DNA of 64,000 nt from Glycera tridactyla (taxonomy: Eukaryota), in assembly GCA_965644265.1 (NCBI GenBank), contig OZ286471.1, positions 46,686,001 through 46,750,000 on the forward strand, in the 5' to 3' direction. Below are positions 29,301 through 44,800 of the stretch, in pieces (within the stretch, counting starts at the first letter, position 1; every line of letters starts with the position of its first letter). A program made the position numbers and the translations under genes. The notes under the pieces were generated by a model that searched no databases, was not told the DNA's origin, and was given only the letters and a program-made list of their open reading frames with translations.

Positions 29301-32300
29301 ATCGGGATCATCTCTGGGGAAATTGTGAGGGTAAGTCAGCAACTAGGAATTCATGATTCATCTAGTCAACCCTGCCCATAATGAATTGGGCCAAGCCAAG
29401 TCATAGATATGCGTGTATGGTGTTATTGTACCCGCCTTCTCATATTATATAGATTAGAAAAGACTTAAGTTTGCAGTTTCAATAAGGCATCATTTAGAGA
29501 CAAGTTGCCAGTTCTAACATTGGAGAGGTCATTGAGAACTTGAGTGAGATACATCTACATCAGATACAAAAGAAAGGCCGGTGAAAGCCCTGGTATTATG
29601 CTCTTGTGACCTATTGTTCAGTCAAACAATCTGGATCACATTAATAGGTCTTGTCTCAGAAATCATTCATCAGGCTGAGATGATAGATATGTCGAGCGAA
29701 CGTATACCTTTATATACCAAGCTTTAGGAGTGAAAGCCAAATCTGGAAGCCAGACCACTTCAATTAACCGTCCCCTGATGGTTTCAGGCCTATTGTATAT
29801 TTTCTCGCCACTGAGCACGCTCCATGGCTGCTCTGATGATGTAAATAGATAGCTACAACTTTCAAATAGTTGCATAAAATACAAATGATTTTTTTGCAGT
29901 CAATGCTCACAAATATCATCTAAGCATATATTTCTCCCGGACTTATGTATACATCCCAAAAGAGATTACCTCATCTTCAGGGTTTGCCAGCGATTTCTGT
30001 ATTCCATTCTACTATCGGCTTTTAGGATGTGCCAAATTATTTAAACAATCCACCTATAGTTGATCAATTAAGAATACTTTTCGGCCTGGATTCTTTTGCA
30101 CCATCATTGCAATAACAAATTGTCGCATATTTATTAGGTAATGTGTTTCATTTTTGCAAAATCATGAACAATATTGGTTCATGAGAACGAATGTTGGATT
30201 GAAGATCTCGAGGTAGGGTAAGGGACTAAATCAAACCTATCCGCGCATGGGTCTCAAGTCGCTGCTTCATGGCATGTCACATTTCTCAGAATCAGTATCT
30301 TTGATGTCTTTCAGCTGAAATTTGTAACCAGGACACAACTCTTCCCTTGGCATCAACGACGACGACCCGAGTTCCATCCACAGAACTAGTATGTTACACC
30401 CCTACAATAGGTGGAACAATGGGCGTACCATCGGTCTGCTATTTCCCTTTCTCATACAAAGGAAAGACCCGCAATTCTTGTATCAATGATGACAATGGTG
30501 GCGTACTTTGGTGTTACACCACTCCGAATTATGAGAATGATCACCTTTGGGGTAACTGTCAAGGTATGTGTGTCCTAGCAGAGCAACATTCCATTCCTCT
30601 ACTTTATGCTTACCCCAAGGGTTTCCATGCCCTCCTCTCAAAGTCAGTACTGAAGTGAATCGAGTAGAAGAGATGAACTTCTCATGACTGTTTTTATCCT
30701 GCATTTCTCTGGCATTATTTGCTGAGTTCACTGTCAAGTCTCATTTGGTAGCATCTATGATATGTTCACCTATAAATGGTTGCTGTGATTGAAATTTCTG
30801 TGTAGGATTGAGTCTACCAGATGTTGAATCTCAAAATCCTGTCTTACACAGCTTATATATACATGTCGATATATACATTTGGTGCGGATCAAACCATATA
30901 ACTGTCTTCTATAGCCCATCACGTAGATGAATCGATATTCTCTTGAGCCTACTATATTTGGGTATCCAAATTAAGATGACTGAAGTGTTGATTATTTCCG
31001 GCATTGTCCCGTTTTTCAGAGGAACAATGCAGTGTTGCGATTCCGACGACAACAGCGCCAGGCTGTTATATCCCTACATATGGTGGAACTGCTGGGTTTT
31101 CCAGATGTGTATTTCCTTTCGAATACAAAGGGAAAACTTACGAGAACAATATCTGCTCTCCTGTGGACAATGATGGAACACGATGGTGCTATACATCCAG
31201 AGACTATAAGAATGATCATCTCTGGGGAAATTGTCTAGGTTTGTCTAAATAACGTGTCATCGAATGCTGACTTATTGGTATGTTCTCTATGAGTTTGTTT
31301 CTGGAGATAAGTAAGGCTTTGGGAAAAAGGTTCAATCCTCCGGTCATGTTTAAGTCGACATATATTTCATCACTCCAGTAAAGCAGTTTGAATTCCAACT
31401 CCTATCTATTGTAGGGGCGTCTAGATATAGATCAGGTCAGGGGGTGTTGAACAACAACCAACCATATGTACGACGTGGAGATGATCAGAGTTTCATGAAA
31501 GTCGAGAAAGTTTTTAATGGGGCATGCAAGCAACAGTGTCTTCGGCAGTTTGAATATCTGTCCTAACAATTGTGCATGTGTTTCAGCGGAGGTGTGCATT
31601 GGCACGGCCACGCCTCAAACAACCACCAGGGTGACCAGAATAGATTTTACATCAACGACTACCCCTAGATCGGACTGTTATATCCGGACTGTAGGCGGCA
31701 CTGCTGCTCAGATCTCCTCATGCATATTTCCATTCGACTATAAAGGGAAGACTTACAGTACATGTACTACAGAAGACAATGGGGGAATTGAATGGTGTTA
31801 TACTTCGTATAACTATGAGGAGGACCATTTTTGGGGAAACTGTCAAGGTATGTCCATCTGCCTTGCCACTGAATTGATTCTGCTTCTATTCCTGCTGCTT
31901 CAGACCACATCTGAAATACCTATAGAGTAGTAGTCATCTATTGTTGCGCTGTTCGTATATTTCAGAATTTTAGGTGAGTCAATCGATTTGTGAGAAATGT
32001 TCTCGTTGTTATCATTGCTTTGACTGACGAACAATCAGTGCATTCACACAATCAAACGTGCTTTTAAACTAAGGAAATATATGACTGTGCATAATTTGAC
32101 AAGCTTCAACCAGTAAATTTAGCCGGGATGGACGCAGCATGGTTGCTCATGACAGGTCTCTACCAGGCTTTGATTAATTGTTTGATGATCACTTCATTGT
32201 ACGATGCAAATTCTGGCCAAAGAGGGTCGTCTTCAAAGCATGTTCATCCTGAGAGCTTGGTAGAGCAGAAAGGCTCCTCAAATTCCGTGGTGGGTTACAT

Positions 32301-35300
32301 ATTATATGAGCCTGACTGAAATAGTCGATCTTTATTTCTCATCTATATAGTTGTACATAGTACCAAGGTGTGAGCTGAAAGTTATTATCGTATTACGAAT
32401 TCTGAGGTCATTATGGGGGTAGGGTAGGAAATTGCTGGGAATTCGAACATGGATAAGTAGAGAAGTGATGATTGAGTCAGTATAATTTGCCCCTTTGCAG
32501 ATGTGGTTTGCGGTGAGCCGAGGCCTGTTACTGGCCCACCAGCGACCACAACCTCCAGTGATTGTTTCATTCCTACCAGCGGAGGCACCGCTGGCGAATC
32601 TGTCTGTATATTCCCATTCAGTTATAGAGGCAATACATATACTGGCTGTTCTACCAGGGACAATGGTGGACTACCATGGTGTTATACATCTTTTGACTAT
32701 GAAAATGATCACCTTTGGGGCAACTGTCAAGGTATGTAAATTTGCCAACCATCTTCGGCAAACTCCAACAATCTTCAACCATCATATCCATATTCACTAG
32801 AATAGAATCAGCCTTAGAACAGTCGACATTGAGTGGCCACTGCTTGGTACGAAATGTACCAGTTCAATGATTATGAGATGATAGACTTCATAAATGCTTA
32901 AAGATTCTTCACAAATTTAATGAAATAATAATGATGAGCTAAGAGGTCATTCTCATCTGAGCCATGGTTGATGGACATACATATACTGTACATATGAAGG
33001 GATGCAGATTACTAGGGTCATTATATACGTAATAGTGTGCATAGACAAAGACATTGGAATGCGATTTGCCTTGCAGCTTTGGTCTGTGGTCAACAACGTC
33101 CGACCACACGAGCGACAGTAACGACAACCAGTAGAGACTGCTATATCCCCACTTATGGCGGCACTGCCCTCTACCCATCGGTCTGTATATTCCCATTCTC
33201 TTACAAGGGGAGCTCCTATACAAACTGTTTGACGGAGGATAACAGCAATGTTCCATGGTGTTATACCTCATACAACTACCGTGAGGATCACATCTGGGGC
33301 AATTGCAGAGGTAAGCCAGCGCAAATTTCAGATACGAATTGGTCATCTCACCACGGTACATAATGCTGATGTTTGCAACAAGGCTTAGGTCCACAAGAAA
33401 TGGATCCCATGCTCGTGCTTAATGGGTAGTGTTTAGCAATTTTCTTTCAATGGTAATCTTTCGTCTCCTGAATTACATCCATATCCAAGTGTCTTATCTA
33501 CCTCTCCTATCATAAATCTTGTGGTAACCCAGTGGTTGAATTATCAGTCATAATATGATTATCTCTCATGATTTCATAATGACTGACTAGGGAATGACCC
33601 TTGATCCTTTTGAATATCGACGAAGAGAAGGAATGGCTGACCCTTCCCCTTATCACGTTTTTTGCTTGGGCATCGAAATTTGGCTCGTTTGAATTCAAGA
33701 GGCTAAAGAAAACGGACAGATCAAAAAAGGATTCAAATGGCAAATGTCTGGTGACAACATCGTGTGGTTCTCAAGTGAAAGGTAGTGTCGAAAAAGCCAG
33801 AGACGTCATGGGACATTGAATCAAAGTTATTCGTCTCAAGTTAGCTCTAACTGTGTCTGTCTTCCGTAGATATTGTATGTGGACAGCCCAGGCCTGTCAC
33901 CCAGCCCATGCAGACGACTACCCCAGGAGACTGCTACATACCAACGTCAGGGGGCACTGCTGGAGGCAGATCAGTCTGCATCTTCCCATTTTCCTACAAG
34001 AACGTCATCTATTCGGGATGTTCGACTGCCGACAATGATGGGAGACCATGGTGCTACGTATCCTATGACTATGCAAATGATCATCTTTGGGGTAACTGCG
34101 GAGGTGCGTGAATATCTCCAACGAGCATTTAGAAGGGTTAAATTGGATCTCTCATACATATAGTGACATTCATGAATTTTACAACCAAACGTAACAGCAC
34201 ATTCATTTGGTGATGCTATATTCACAAGACCACGATGACATTCTGGATTATTTGATGAATCATTTCTACTAGACGCACTATATTGCCTCACCATCTTTGC
34301 CTCAAGCAAGAAAGAATGGTCTCTATTTCATGCTTGCAGTATTTTGTAGAGATGGAGGCAAACTGGGGAAGCGATTGAGCCCGAGCCCTTTGGTCCTCCG
34401 GGTGATGCACTTTCACCATGGTTTTTACTGTTTCAGACTTGGTGTGTGGTGTTCCACGGCCAACCACCGCACCGACCGTGACCACTACACGTTCTGACTG
34501 TTTCATCCCAACCATAGGGGGTACAGCCATACAAAATTCTGTCTGCATTTTCCCGTTTAACTACAGAGGCGTGACTTACACAAGTTGTTCAACGGTTGAC
34601 AATGCTGGGTACCCATGGTGTTATACATCATATAACTACAATAATGATCACCTCTGGGGAAATTGCCAAGGTATGTCATCTGCCCATCCTTATAGAGGAT
34701 AGTCTGCTACAGATAAGGGGGAATATTCGAGATTCTCCAATGCTTGGTACTTTGTGCTAGGGTACGATTTACACAGATTTGGCTTTCTGCTGTATTTTTT
34801 CTCACCTGGCTAACCTGCTCTTTTTCAGCGTTGGCTTGTGCAATATCACAACCAACATGGGCAGCAATCTTGAATATGTGGATTGCGAGCTCTTTTGCAT
34901 ATTTCTGATTCGCAGAGATTAGTCCTGTTCGAACCTAGACTAGCTCTATTACATTTGCTTGCTATTCGGTAGTTGTCATTATGGTTGTTATATTTTCCAG
35001 CTTTGGTCTGTGGACAACCACGACCAACCACGGCAGCGACTCAAACGACGACAGGGGCTGACTGCTGGATACCTACTGTTGGTGGCACTTCTATACAGAA
35101 CTCTGTCTGCATATTTCCTTTCACATACAAGAATGTTGTCTACACTGGCTGTTCCACTGTGGATAACAGTGGATATCCCTGGTGTTACACCTCCTACAAC
35201 TATCAGAATGATCACTTATGGGGCAACTGCCAAGGTATGCTCTCAAAACGTGGATTAGGTCTCAACACTTCTCTGTGAAGATTGCTTGTGAGGTGAAGCT

Positions 35301-35736
35301 GAGGTACATCTTCGCTCGTGTGTGGATGTATGAGTGCGTATGTGTGTTTGTGATGCATAATCCGGAATATATTCCATCACTGAACCATTTTAATGGTTCT
35401 ACATCATATGGATTGACCGAAAGCATGTCAAGGTATGCAACCACCCTAACATGTATAGGTCTAATATTCAGGCGGATTTGATCTGAAAGACATTCTATGA
35501 TTCGGATATCGGCATCAGTTTCTTTCAGATATGACGAGATATTGATTCAACTCGCTGTCGAACACCAACAAATCACATGGCACACATGTTTGATTGGATT
35601 TGTACATGCTGTCGAAATTAGACCAACTATTGTTAAGTATTCCGAATGCATCAGAGCTGTGAACTGGGGTTGGAACTTGACAGTGATGCTGGTATCATGA
35701 TGATGATTCGTTTTGATAGTGATGACAGGTATTTTT

Positions 35737-35826
<90 letters not shown>

Positions 35827-38800
35827 CTACTAAAGCAGCACTCACCCTCGTTTGCGTCATATCGGCCTATGCCCTCGAAAGATCTTGGAACATGGAAAAT
35901 ATACACAATTGGTTATATTTTTTATAGATCTGGTTTGTGGGCAACCACGGCCAGTCACGATGGCAACAGGGACTTCTGCTACCACCACTCGCGAAGACTG
36001 TTTCATAACTACACATGGTGGCACCGCTGGTGACTCTGTCTGCGTGTTCCCTTTTGAATACCGGGGCATCACTTACACTGGGTGTTCCACCATTGACAAT
36101 GATGGCGATGCATGGTGTTATACATCTATCTATTACAAAAGCGATCATTTGTGGAGTAACTGTGTAGGTATGTCATACCATGAATGGGCGGGATTCTTTA
36201 CTATATCAGCTATTCTTTATCTAGCCTAAATTACTCATGAAGTCCGATCAAATCAACCCATCTGATGTGAATAATGGCATTGCTGATAAAAGTCGTTACT
36301 TAAACAAGTGATAAAGGAGAGATAATTCCTGTCCATTTATTGAAGGATCTGGGCTACGTTCAGAGGAGCTCTTCAAAAATAGATAGGTGTTTGAAAACTG
36401 ACCAGTGTGTGTCAAATGTGACAAATATGAAGGATCTCCGTCATGTAGTGAAAGTTATTCCAGAGAATATTGTTTCTGATGTACAACACATGAACTAATA
36501 TAATTTCGATCCAGATGATGCACTGATTGTTTGGTGATAAGTACATGCGTCATTTCAGAATTAATCTGTGGGCAGCCACGACCAACAACATCACCCACTG
36601 CAACGACCACAGGAAGAGACTGCTACATACCAACAGTAGGGGGCACTGCAATTTACCCCTCCAGCTGTATCTTCCCTTTTTCGTATAAAGACAAAAGCTA
36701 CACCAGCTGCACCACAGAAGATAACAGTGGATATCCATGGTGTTATACTTCATATGATTACCGCAATAACCATCTCTGGGGAAACTGCCAAGGTAGAACA
36801 CTAATCAGTATTCCACGAAAAGTATCATCATTTTGGGAGCAGACAGAAATATATCTTCAAAACATGGTTATTAGGTGTCATAACATACAAAATTCCAGTG
36901 TTTCCAGAATTTCTAGAATAGTCCATCAACTACCACGATATTAGACTATATTTTTCATGTAGATATTGTAAAATAGAAATCTATTAGGTATCGAAAAACC
37001 GCATGGTGGGATGAATGCACCATGCTCCATCGGTCTCACTCTTTGCTGACAGTCTCGTGAAGAAATAGATGTATAGGGCTCGGATCAGTCAAATCCTTGT
37101 GGAGCACATGTTGTAAAACTTCCTCTTCTCCATGAGTCCTGGGTGATATACTGGCTGAGTAGATGCTTGACATCTTTTGAGCTTTATGATTGGGAATCTT
37201 TCAGAGATTGTGTGTGGAAAACCACGCCCAACAACAGAGTCTCTGGCAACCACGACCAAAGCCGACTGTTTCATCCCTACACGAGGGGGCACTGCGGGCA
37301 ACTCAGTCTGTATCTTCCCTTTCGAGTACAGGAATGTTATCTACACTGGTTGCTCAATCGTGGACAATGGTGGAGAACCATGGTGTTATACTTCCTACGA
37401 TTACAAGAATGACCATCTCTGGGGAAACTGTGATGGTAGGCTTCTAAAATGAATAATGTTGTGCATTCATGTGGCCAGGAAATATTTAATTCAAGGTTCA
37501 TCTTCCAAACTGTATTCAGTCCATGGCGTTATGTAGACATCTGAACCTCATCATATAATCATACTCATTACTACTGCCGTTCCCATTGGTTGAAACCATT
37601 TTATGTTGCTCTATCTGATTTGGATACTTCTGAATTTCATAATTATAGTGAAGGGAAAGTAGTCACAACTGTTCTCAATCTTTGTAGAATTGATTTGTGG
37701 CCAAGCCCGCCCAACCACAGCAACTGCAGGAACCACAACAGGCCGAGACTGTTATATTCCAACATATGGTGGTAGTGCAATACAGAATTCGGTCTGCATT
37801 TTCCCCTTCTCCTACCAGGGTGTGGACTACACTGGCTGTTCTTCCGTGGACAATGGCAATGTCCCTTGGTGTTACACATCCTATAATTATGCGAATGACC
37901 ACCTGTGGGGAAATTGCTTAGGTAGTGTATGTTCCATCTCTTTCTCAAAGTCCAGCCAAATTTGTTTCACACTATTTGAATACTATGGGACTGCTCATTA
38001 GCTCCCCTTCCTAATCCTTCGTTCAAGAGATTTGCCTAGGCAGCATTGAGATGAGAGAAGTTTAGTTCTTAGCAATAAACTATATATATGCATTTATCTC
38101 GGGAGCAGTGAACCAGATCAGAACATTCCATTACTGGTCGCTGCATGCTAATATTATTAATTTTTTGCAGCGGTGGTTTGTGGCCAGCCCCGGCCAACCA
38201 CTGCACCCACACAGACGACTACCAACAGTGACTGTTGGATCCCAGCTGTGGGTGGGACAGCAGTGCAATCAGTCTGTATATTCCCTTTCTCATACCGAGG
38301 GGTGACATACACTAGCTGTACAACTGTGGACAATGGTGGATTCCCGTGGTGCTATACATCATATAACTATCAAAACGATCACCTGTGGGGAAACTGTCAA
38401 GGTAGGACCTCACAGAGGAACAATTGAGTCAGTGGCCTTTTGAATAATCCTATTTCTTGGATGATGTAGACCCCAGGTCCTAGTACAAAGCCTGAGTTTG
38501 TCTTCTTCGCCCTAATTTCGACTTTAGTGACAAATACTTTGTAACCAGGAGACAACTCAGATATATACATTCGATTTCAAGATGAGGTGACCGATCTCAT
38601 TAATAGGTACCTGTATGTTCAACTGACCCTCGAGGTTCAGTTCTGGAGAACGAGTATTTCATATTATACTGATTTCAAATCATTGCAAGAAGCAACTCAT
38701 GTACAACATTTCCCTTTGTTTTGCTGAGGGATTCTTAGGAAAATATTTTACTGGACAGACATGATGGTATATATCATGCAAAAAAACTAACGCTTTGAAC

Positions 38801-41800
38801 ACCACTGTCATCCACTAACAATCAATCATAATCATTCAGGTGTTCAAAACCAATGAACCTTTTGCAGACTTAGTCTGCGGAAGAGCAAGACCAACCACAG
38901 GATCGCTACAAACAACAACTGGCAGTGACTGTTTCATACCAACACATGGCGGAACAGCTGGCGATTCAGTCTGTACTTTCCCTTTCGAATACAAGGGCAT
39001 CACCTACACTGGCTGTTCAAGTGTGGACAATGGTGGACAACCCTGGTGTTATACGTCCTTCAATTATAGAAATGATCACCTGTGGAGTAACTGTTATGGT
39101 AGGATATTGGCGTGTCTCCAGTCTTCGTGATGTTGCTAACCTGAGATCAGTGAATTAATTTACCAGAATCTTCATAACATGACCACTGGGGATTCTGATC
39201 AAATAATATCTCTTTAATACAAGTGTCATTCTCATCAGACCCTTTTTTACGATTTGGTCAACCTTGCAAATACTCACCCTATCATATAGAAAGAGTTTCA
39301 CTGTGGAAAATTGCAGTGGAATTGCCTCTCAAAATGTTGATGCGTCACTGAAATATCTCACAAATGAGGTGGTTGCATTGCTGTTCCTTTTTCACTTCAG
39401 AGCTTGTCTGTGGCCAACCAAGGCCAACAACTGCCACAACAGCCACCACGACAGGGAATGACTGTTGGATTCCAACAGTGGGTGGCACATCTGTGCAGTC
39501 AGTGTGTATATTCCCATTCTCTTATAAGGATGTAACATACACTGGCTGCACCACTGTTGACAATAGTGGTTACCCTTGGTGCTATACCTCTTACGACTAT
39601 AGGAATGATCACATGTGGGGGAACTGTCAAGGTAGGCATCATCATCTGGATATACATGTGTTTCATATCAATCAATGTCAGAGCATGATGAACAAAGAAT
39701 ATTACCTCAATGTGAATGTTGTGTGGTTGTGAGGATTTATGGAGCCAGAAACACATAGAGTGTCTCAAGATATCCGCATTGATCCACTATTTTTCAGGAC
39801 TAGGATACTTCTTGAGTGATAACATGTCAACATGTCCTGATACGACACAAGGGTATCCAGAGTTATTATATTGCTCAACTACAGGCTTATGGGGCCCACT
39901 TGAATATACAGACCTCATCTGCGGCAGTCATGAAATCTTGAGATCTTCTCTGCAAACACTGATGCTATGAAAAATGATTCCCTGAATGTTTCATAGCTCT
40001 GACTAATTGAACCTGCAAATTATTGCTAGCACACTGTGCTTTGGTGCAGTTTTCGGATAACTAGGAGCAATGATGTACTCTGTGTGTGGAATACACAGCA
40101 AAATATTACATGAGTCTTCGTTATGAGTGAATTTTCCATGAAACTTCCTTACAGATATTGTATGTGGGGAGCCACGACCAACCAGATCCGTATTGACAAC
40201 AACCGGTTCTGATTGCTACATACCAACCAGTGGAGGAACCGCAGTGCAGGATTCTGTCTGTACCTTTCCTTTCTCATACAAGGGAGTCTCATACAGTGGA
40301 TGTACAACAGTTGATAACAGTAACCGACCCTGGTGCTATACATCTTTCAATTACCAAAATGATCACTTGTGGGGCGAGTGTCGAGGTGCGTAGCTAAAGA
40401 AAATATCCTCATATAACTTGTTCAGGGCATGTAAAGAGTAATTTTCTAAGAACCTCAGAATGGTAAAGGATAACTTCTCCGTACATCAAATTCCATAGGA
40501 TTTTATAATACCTGAAGTGGGCTCTACTGAACCACTTTATATGCCGGCTGTATACCGATATTGACTTCAGGTGTGAGACTCATCAGCATATTGAGGAGAC
40601 TAGAAACATTTGTCGAGGGGAAAGTAGGCAATACAGATTTTCACTTTTTCATTGGCACCAATAGTTAGCTACCCTAGTATAGGTATCCAAAAATATGATC
40701 CATGTACATCTGATCATTGGTGGCATGTCATAACAATTCACTGGTTCCTGTCGAATTATTATTCATGATATCAAACTTTTTTGAATGTGAAGTTGGGGTT
40801 GGCTACACTCAAAATTCAATTCCGATTTTCGGAGACTTGTATCATGATTTTATTATAATGGCAACGCCATTATATTTGGATCTATCTCCCTTGGTTTTTT
40901 GCAAAATGACGTGTGTTTTTTAGCAAACTTCACTTCATAGCGCAAAAACCATCGATCGCACAGATTTTGAGCTCCTATAGCTAAGAATCTCTGAGGTCAG
41001 ACGCACGCATCCATCTAAGTTTCGTCTTGATCCGGGTCAAAGTTCAAGGTCATTCGGGCCCTCGAAAATTGGTGCCCATAGCATCACATGCAAACTTCGA
41101 GCCTGCATATCTCATGGGTATGTCATCCATTCCAAATGATATTTGGCACACAACTTCTTTCCTATAGTGTCTACAATTTTACCCAATGTGGTTGACCTTG
41201 GAGCATTTTCAAGGTTGTGAGAAGGGGATCTGATTCTTTTGGTCAAATTTTCGTACGGAAATTTCTCGTTTAAAATATCAACGCATGCGTATTGCAATTC
41301 TTCTGATACTACATTTCTTCGTTTTAACCTCGCCTCAACGAAGTTGAAGAGAGGTATTTTCCTCGCATCAGCGTCGGCGTCGGCGTCTGCGTTTGCGTCG
41401 GCGTCCGCACTCTTACAATGTTTTACGTCAAAGTTTTACGTCAAAGTTTTTTTTCTGCAAGATTTCATGTCAAAGTTTTTCTTTTACCCTTCTACCATCA
41501 TCAGATCTTGTGCACATGGGCTATAATACATCAGGAATGATATCAAGAGAGCACTATGTCAAAGTTTTGCGTCAAAGTTTTACATCAAAGTTTTTCATTG
41601 AAGTCTGTAGCTAAGCAACTATGGCCCCTACCACCACCAGATTTCATACACACATACTCCTGACTAGTGAGAAAGGTGTCCATCCATCCATTCAGCATTA
41701 TCCCAGTTTTGTATCATATTTTTGGGTGGAAAATGCATATTTTTGAGGATATGGACTTAACATCAAAGTTTTCGTTGGAGTCAGGTGACTCCACAACCAT

Positions 41801-44800
41801 GGCCCCCACCATCACCAGTTTTCATGCACACATGCTCCATTGTGTTATAGGGGATGTTTACCCTTCACAGCAGCAGTATCTCAGTTCAGGGTAGTGATTT
41901 TGGGGTGAAATTGCTCATTTGTGGGAAATTGGACTTTACGTCTTAGTTTTTCTTCAGGTCGGGTCACTCTTCAACCATGGGCCCTACCTCCACCAGATTT
42001 GATGTACACATGCTCCAGTGTATTTTTTTTTGGGGGGGGGGCATCCAACCATCACCACAGCCGTATGCATGCCCAGTGGTGCGATGTATATCATAGATTT
42101 GGTATAAAACCTCACTTTTTCAAATGACTGGACTCTGACAATTCAGTGATTTTTGAGTACCAGGACACACCAAACTCAACAAGGATGCCTTTTATTGCAT
42201 CTCCTGATGAATGCCAGCCATAGATGGGGTCACCCAAAGGGCCTGGTTGGTTTTGGGGTGAAAGTTGGTTTTTCAGAAATGATTTTTTCTAAAGATGGTG
42301 GCTGTTTATAGCCACTCCAAACTTGGCATGGATTTAATTCATAACATTCCCTAATGAATGCCAGCCATAGATGGGGTCTCCAAAAAGGCCTGGTTGGTTT
42401 TGGGGTGAGAATTGTTTTTTCAGAAATGGATATTCCTAAAGATGGTGGCTGTCCGTAGCCACTCCAACCTTGGCTTGGATGCAATTCATAGCATTCCCCA
42501 ATGTATGCCAGCCATAGATGGGGTCTCCCTATAGGCCTAGTTGGTTTTGGGGTAAAAATTGTTTTTTCATAAATGGATTTTTCTGAAGATGGTGGCTGTT
42601 CGTAGCCACTCCAACCTTGGCTATGATGCAATTCATAGCATTCCCTAATGAATGCCAGCCATAGATTGGGTCTCCCAAAAGGTCTGGTTGGTTTTGGGGT
42701 GAAAATTGTTTTCTCAGAGATGGATTTTTCTAAAGATGGTGGCTGTTAATAGCCACACCAAACTTGGCATGGATGCAATTCATAGCATTCCCTAATAGCT
42801 GCCTAATGAATGCCAGCCATAGATTGGGTCTCCCAAAAGGTCTGGTTGGTTTTGGGGTGAAAATTATTTTCTCAGAGATGGATTTTTCGAAAGATGGTGG
42901 CTGTTCATAGCCACACCAAACTTGGCATGGATGCAATTCACAGCATTCCCTAATAGCTTCCCGGTAACTTTTTTCTTCAGCTGTCATTCAGGCAAATGAA
43001 GTAGGATTTTTACCTGCCCTCTGTCATTTTCACCTGCCCTCCTGCATATAATCATAGCCTGAATAAGGGCTGGGTACCTGTCCATCGGGCAGGCAGATTG
43101 ATAAAATCACCTGCCTGCCTGTGCCAGTAGGGCAACCACTAGCGTAGAGCCCTGTACTGTTATTTTAGAGAAATAAAAGATTTTTTTGAAGAAAGGTACT
43201 TTTCCAAGCATAATTATGTATTGGGTCTTCCTATGCAATCAGGAACTGTATGCACCCATCAAAGAAGCAGCACTGTTTTGTTTGTGTGAACTTTGGATAT
43301 AAATGCCTTTCTTGAAGCGGCGTGTTGTGTGGCTTCGCCAAGGCGAGGTCCGCCTCCAGTGAAGGCTATGTTTTGAATTTAAGCCTCATTTTCGTTTTTT
43401 GGTAGAAAAACCATTTTTTACATAGGGTTCCATGCATTCCCTACATAAGTGACTACTGGTGCTACAATGAACAAATTTGCACGAAAATGTGCAGAATTGA
43501 AAAAATAAGCTTCACATGTGGATCATATTGCTGAAAAAATTGTTTCTATAAATTGCCATTGAAAAACGTCGAACTTGTCATCGAGGATACAGCACTTCTC
43601 TGAAGTTTGCGTTCTGACAGCTTGATCTCTTAGCGTAGGGTTCCCCACCACGTCACGGCCCGAAATTCGTGAAATATTTTGCGAGTCGGATAAAAAGCGA
43701 AGGAACGAACGTATTATGCTAGGGTTACTCTATTTAAATCATGTGAAAGCCGTGATGAGAGATGTTTCACCTTCTCACAATTTGATCGAAAGTATTTTTT
43801 CATGCGAAGTTGTCGGCACCTCGAGCAAGATGGCGGCCGGATGCGAGAACGAGGCTAGAAATGCTGATTTTGCTTCCGGTACAGGTACAAGAAACTGGCC
43901 GCCGCCATCTTGAATCTAATTATCGCCGAGCCGAGGGTACCCGAACACTTACGGAAATCGTTGAATCAGACGAAAGTCGCGCGAGTTTCCCTCTAAAGCA
44001 GCATCTTCATTTGATGTTTATTCTACGAAATATTAATGATCCCTCATTAAGATGATGATTAATATGATGCGAGAATACATTCTGTTTCGATAATAATGAC
44101 CAAACTTTGGCAGAGAGCTTGAATGACGGCGATTTGGCGAACTTTTACCGGACGCGTCGGTATCGGTAGAATCTGGCCATAAGACATGAGGCAATGCCAC
44201 CGGCCACTTTGCCCGAGATTCTCGAAGGGAGGCGGCTCGCCCTACTCGAATATCGGCGCATCACCGCCGCCTGTCTGATCCAAATCACAGAGTAAACAAT
44301 GTGTCCACTCTGTGTCCGAATGCCGACAGAAGACGGCGGGGGTCCATGGTGGTGGTAGTGAAAAGTGGAAAGTGAAAAGTATCTTTATTTATGTGACATA
44401 AGACACTATACAATCCGTAATTTCTACAAACAACTTTCAGTACAATCGGATATAATACAGCAAAGTCTTCCGCCCCTAAGGGAAGGCTATTAGTCACAAT
44501 AACACAAGACGAAAAAAGTTCAGTACTCGGTCCGTCGACCTGGGCAACATCACAGTATCCATAACTGCGAGTAGTACAAATTATTCACATATGCCAGTAT
44601 TGGCTAGTATAAGTCGACATCGGAGAGAAAAACAAATAGAGAAGATCGCGGGAAATTGCATCCTAAACATAGGAAGGAACAAAATATATATAAAACCAAT
44701 GGTGGTAACTCTATACACTATTTACATTCAAAGAAAGAGACTAGAAAAAGCGACAGATAGTTAAACTATTTCTCTTATCTCGTCTGGTAGGTAGATTAGA

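Larger units (their letters stand above)
41322..42957 (+). mobile_element. Non-autonomous element with a 5' palindrome, GCGTCG microsatellite and internal tandem repeats (HINE/DINE-1-like layout)
   Basis: Imperfect palindrome ACCTCgccTCAACgaaGTTGAagaGAGGT at about 41327-41355, then (GCGTCG)-like repeats at about 41370-41408, then 178-bp and 147-bp arrays. The 3' end was not identified. Confidence 0.5.

Noticed and set aside
35547-36033. Poly-Asp, poly-Met and poly-Ile ORFs
   Set aside because: Artefacts of the intronic (ATG)30 microsatellite.
42230-42987. Minus-strand ORFs with a 49-aa repeat
   Set aside because: They follow from the 147-bp unit being a multiple of 3; the array sits in a transposon-like context and the frame breaks at the 11-bp insertion.
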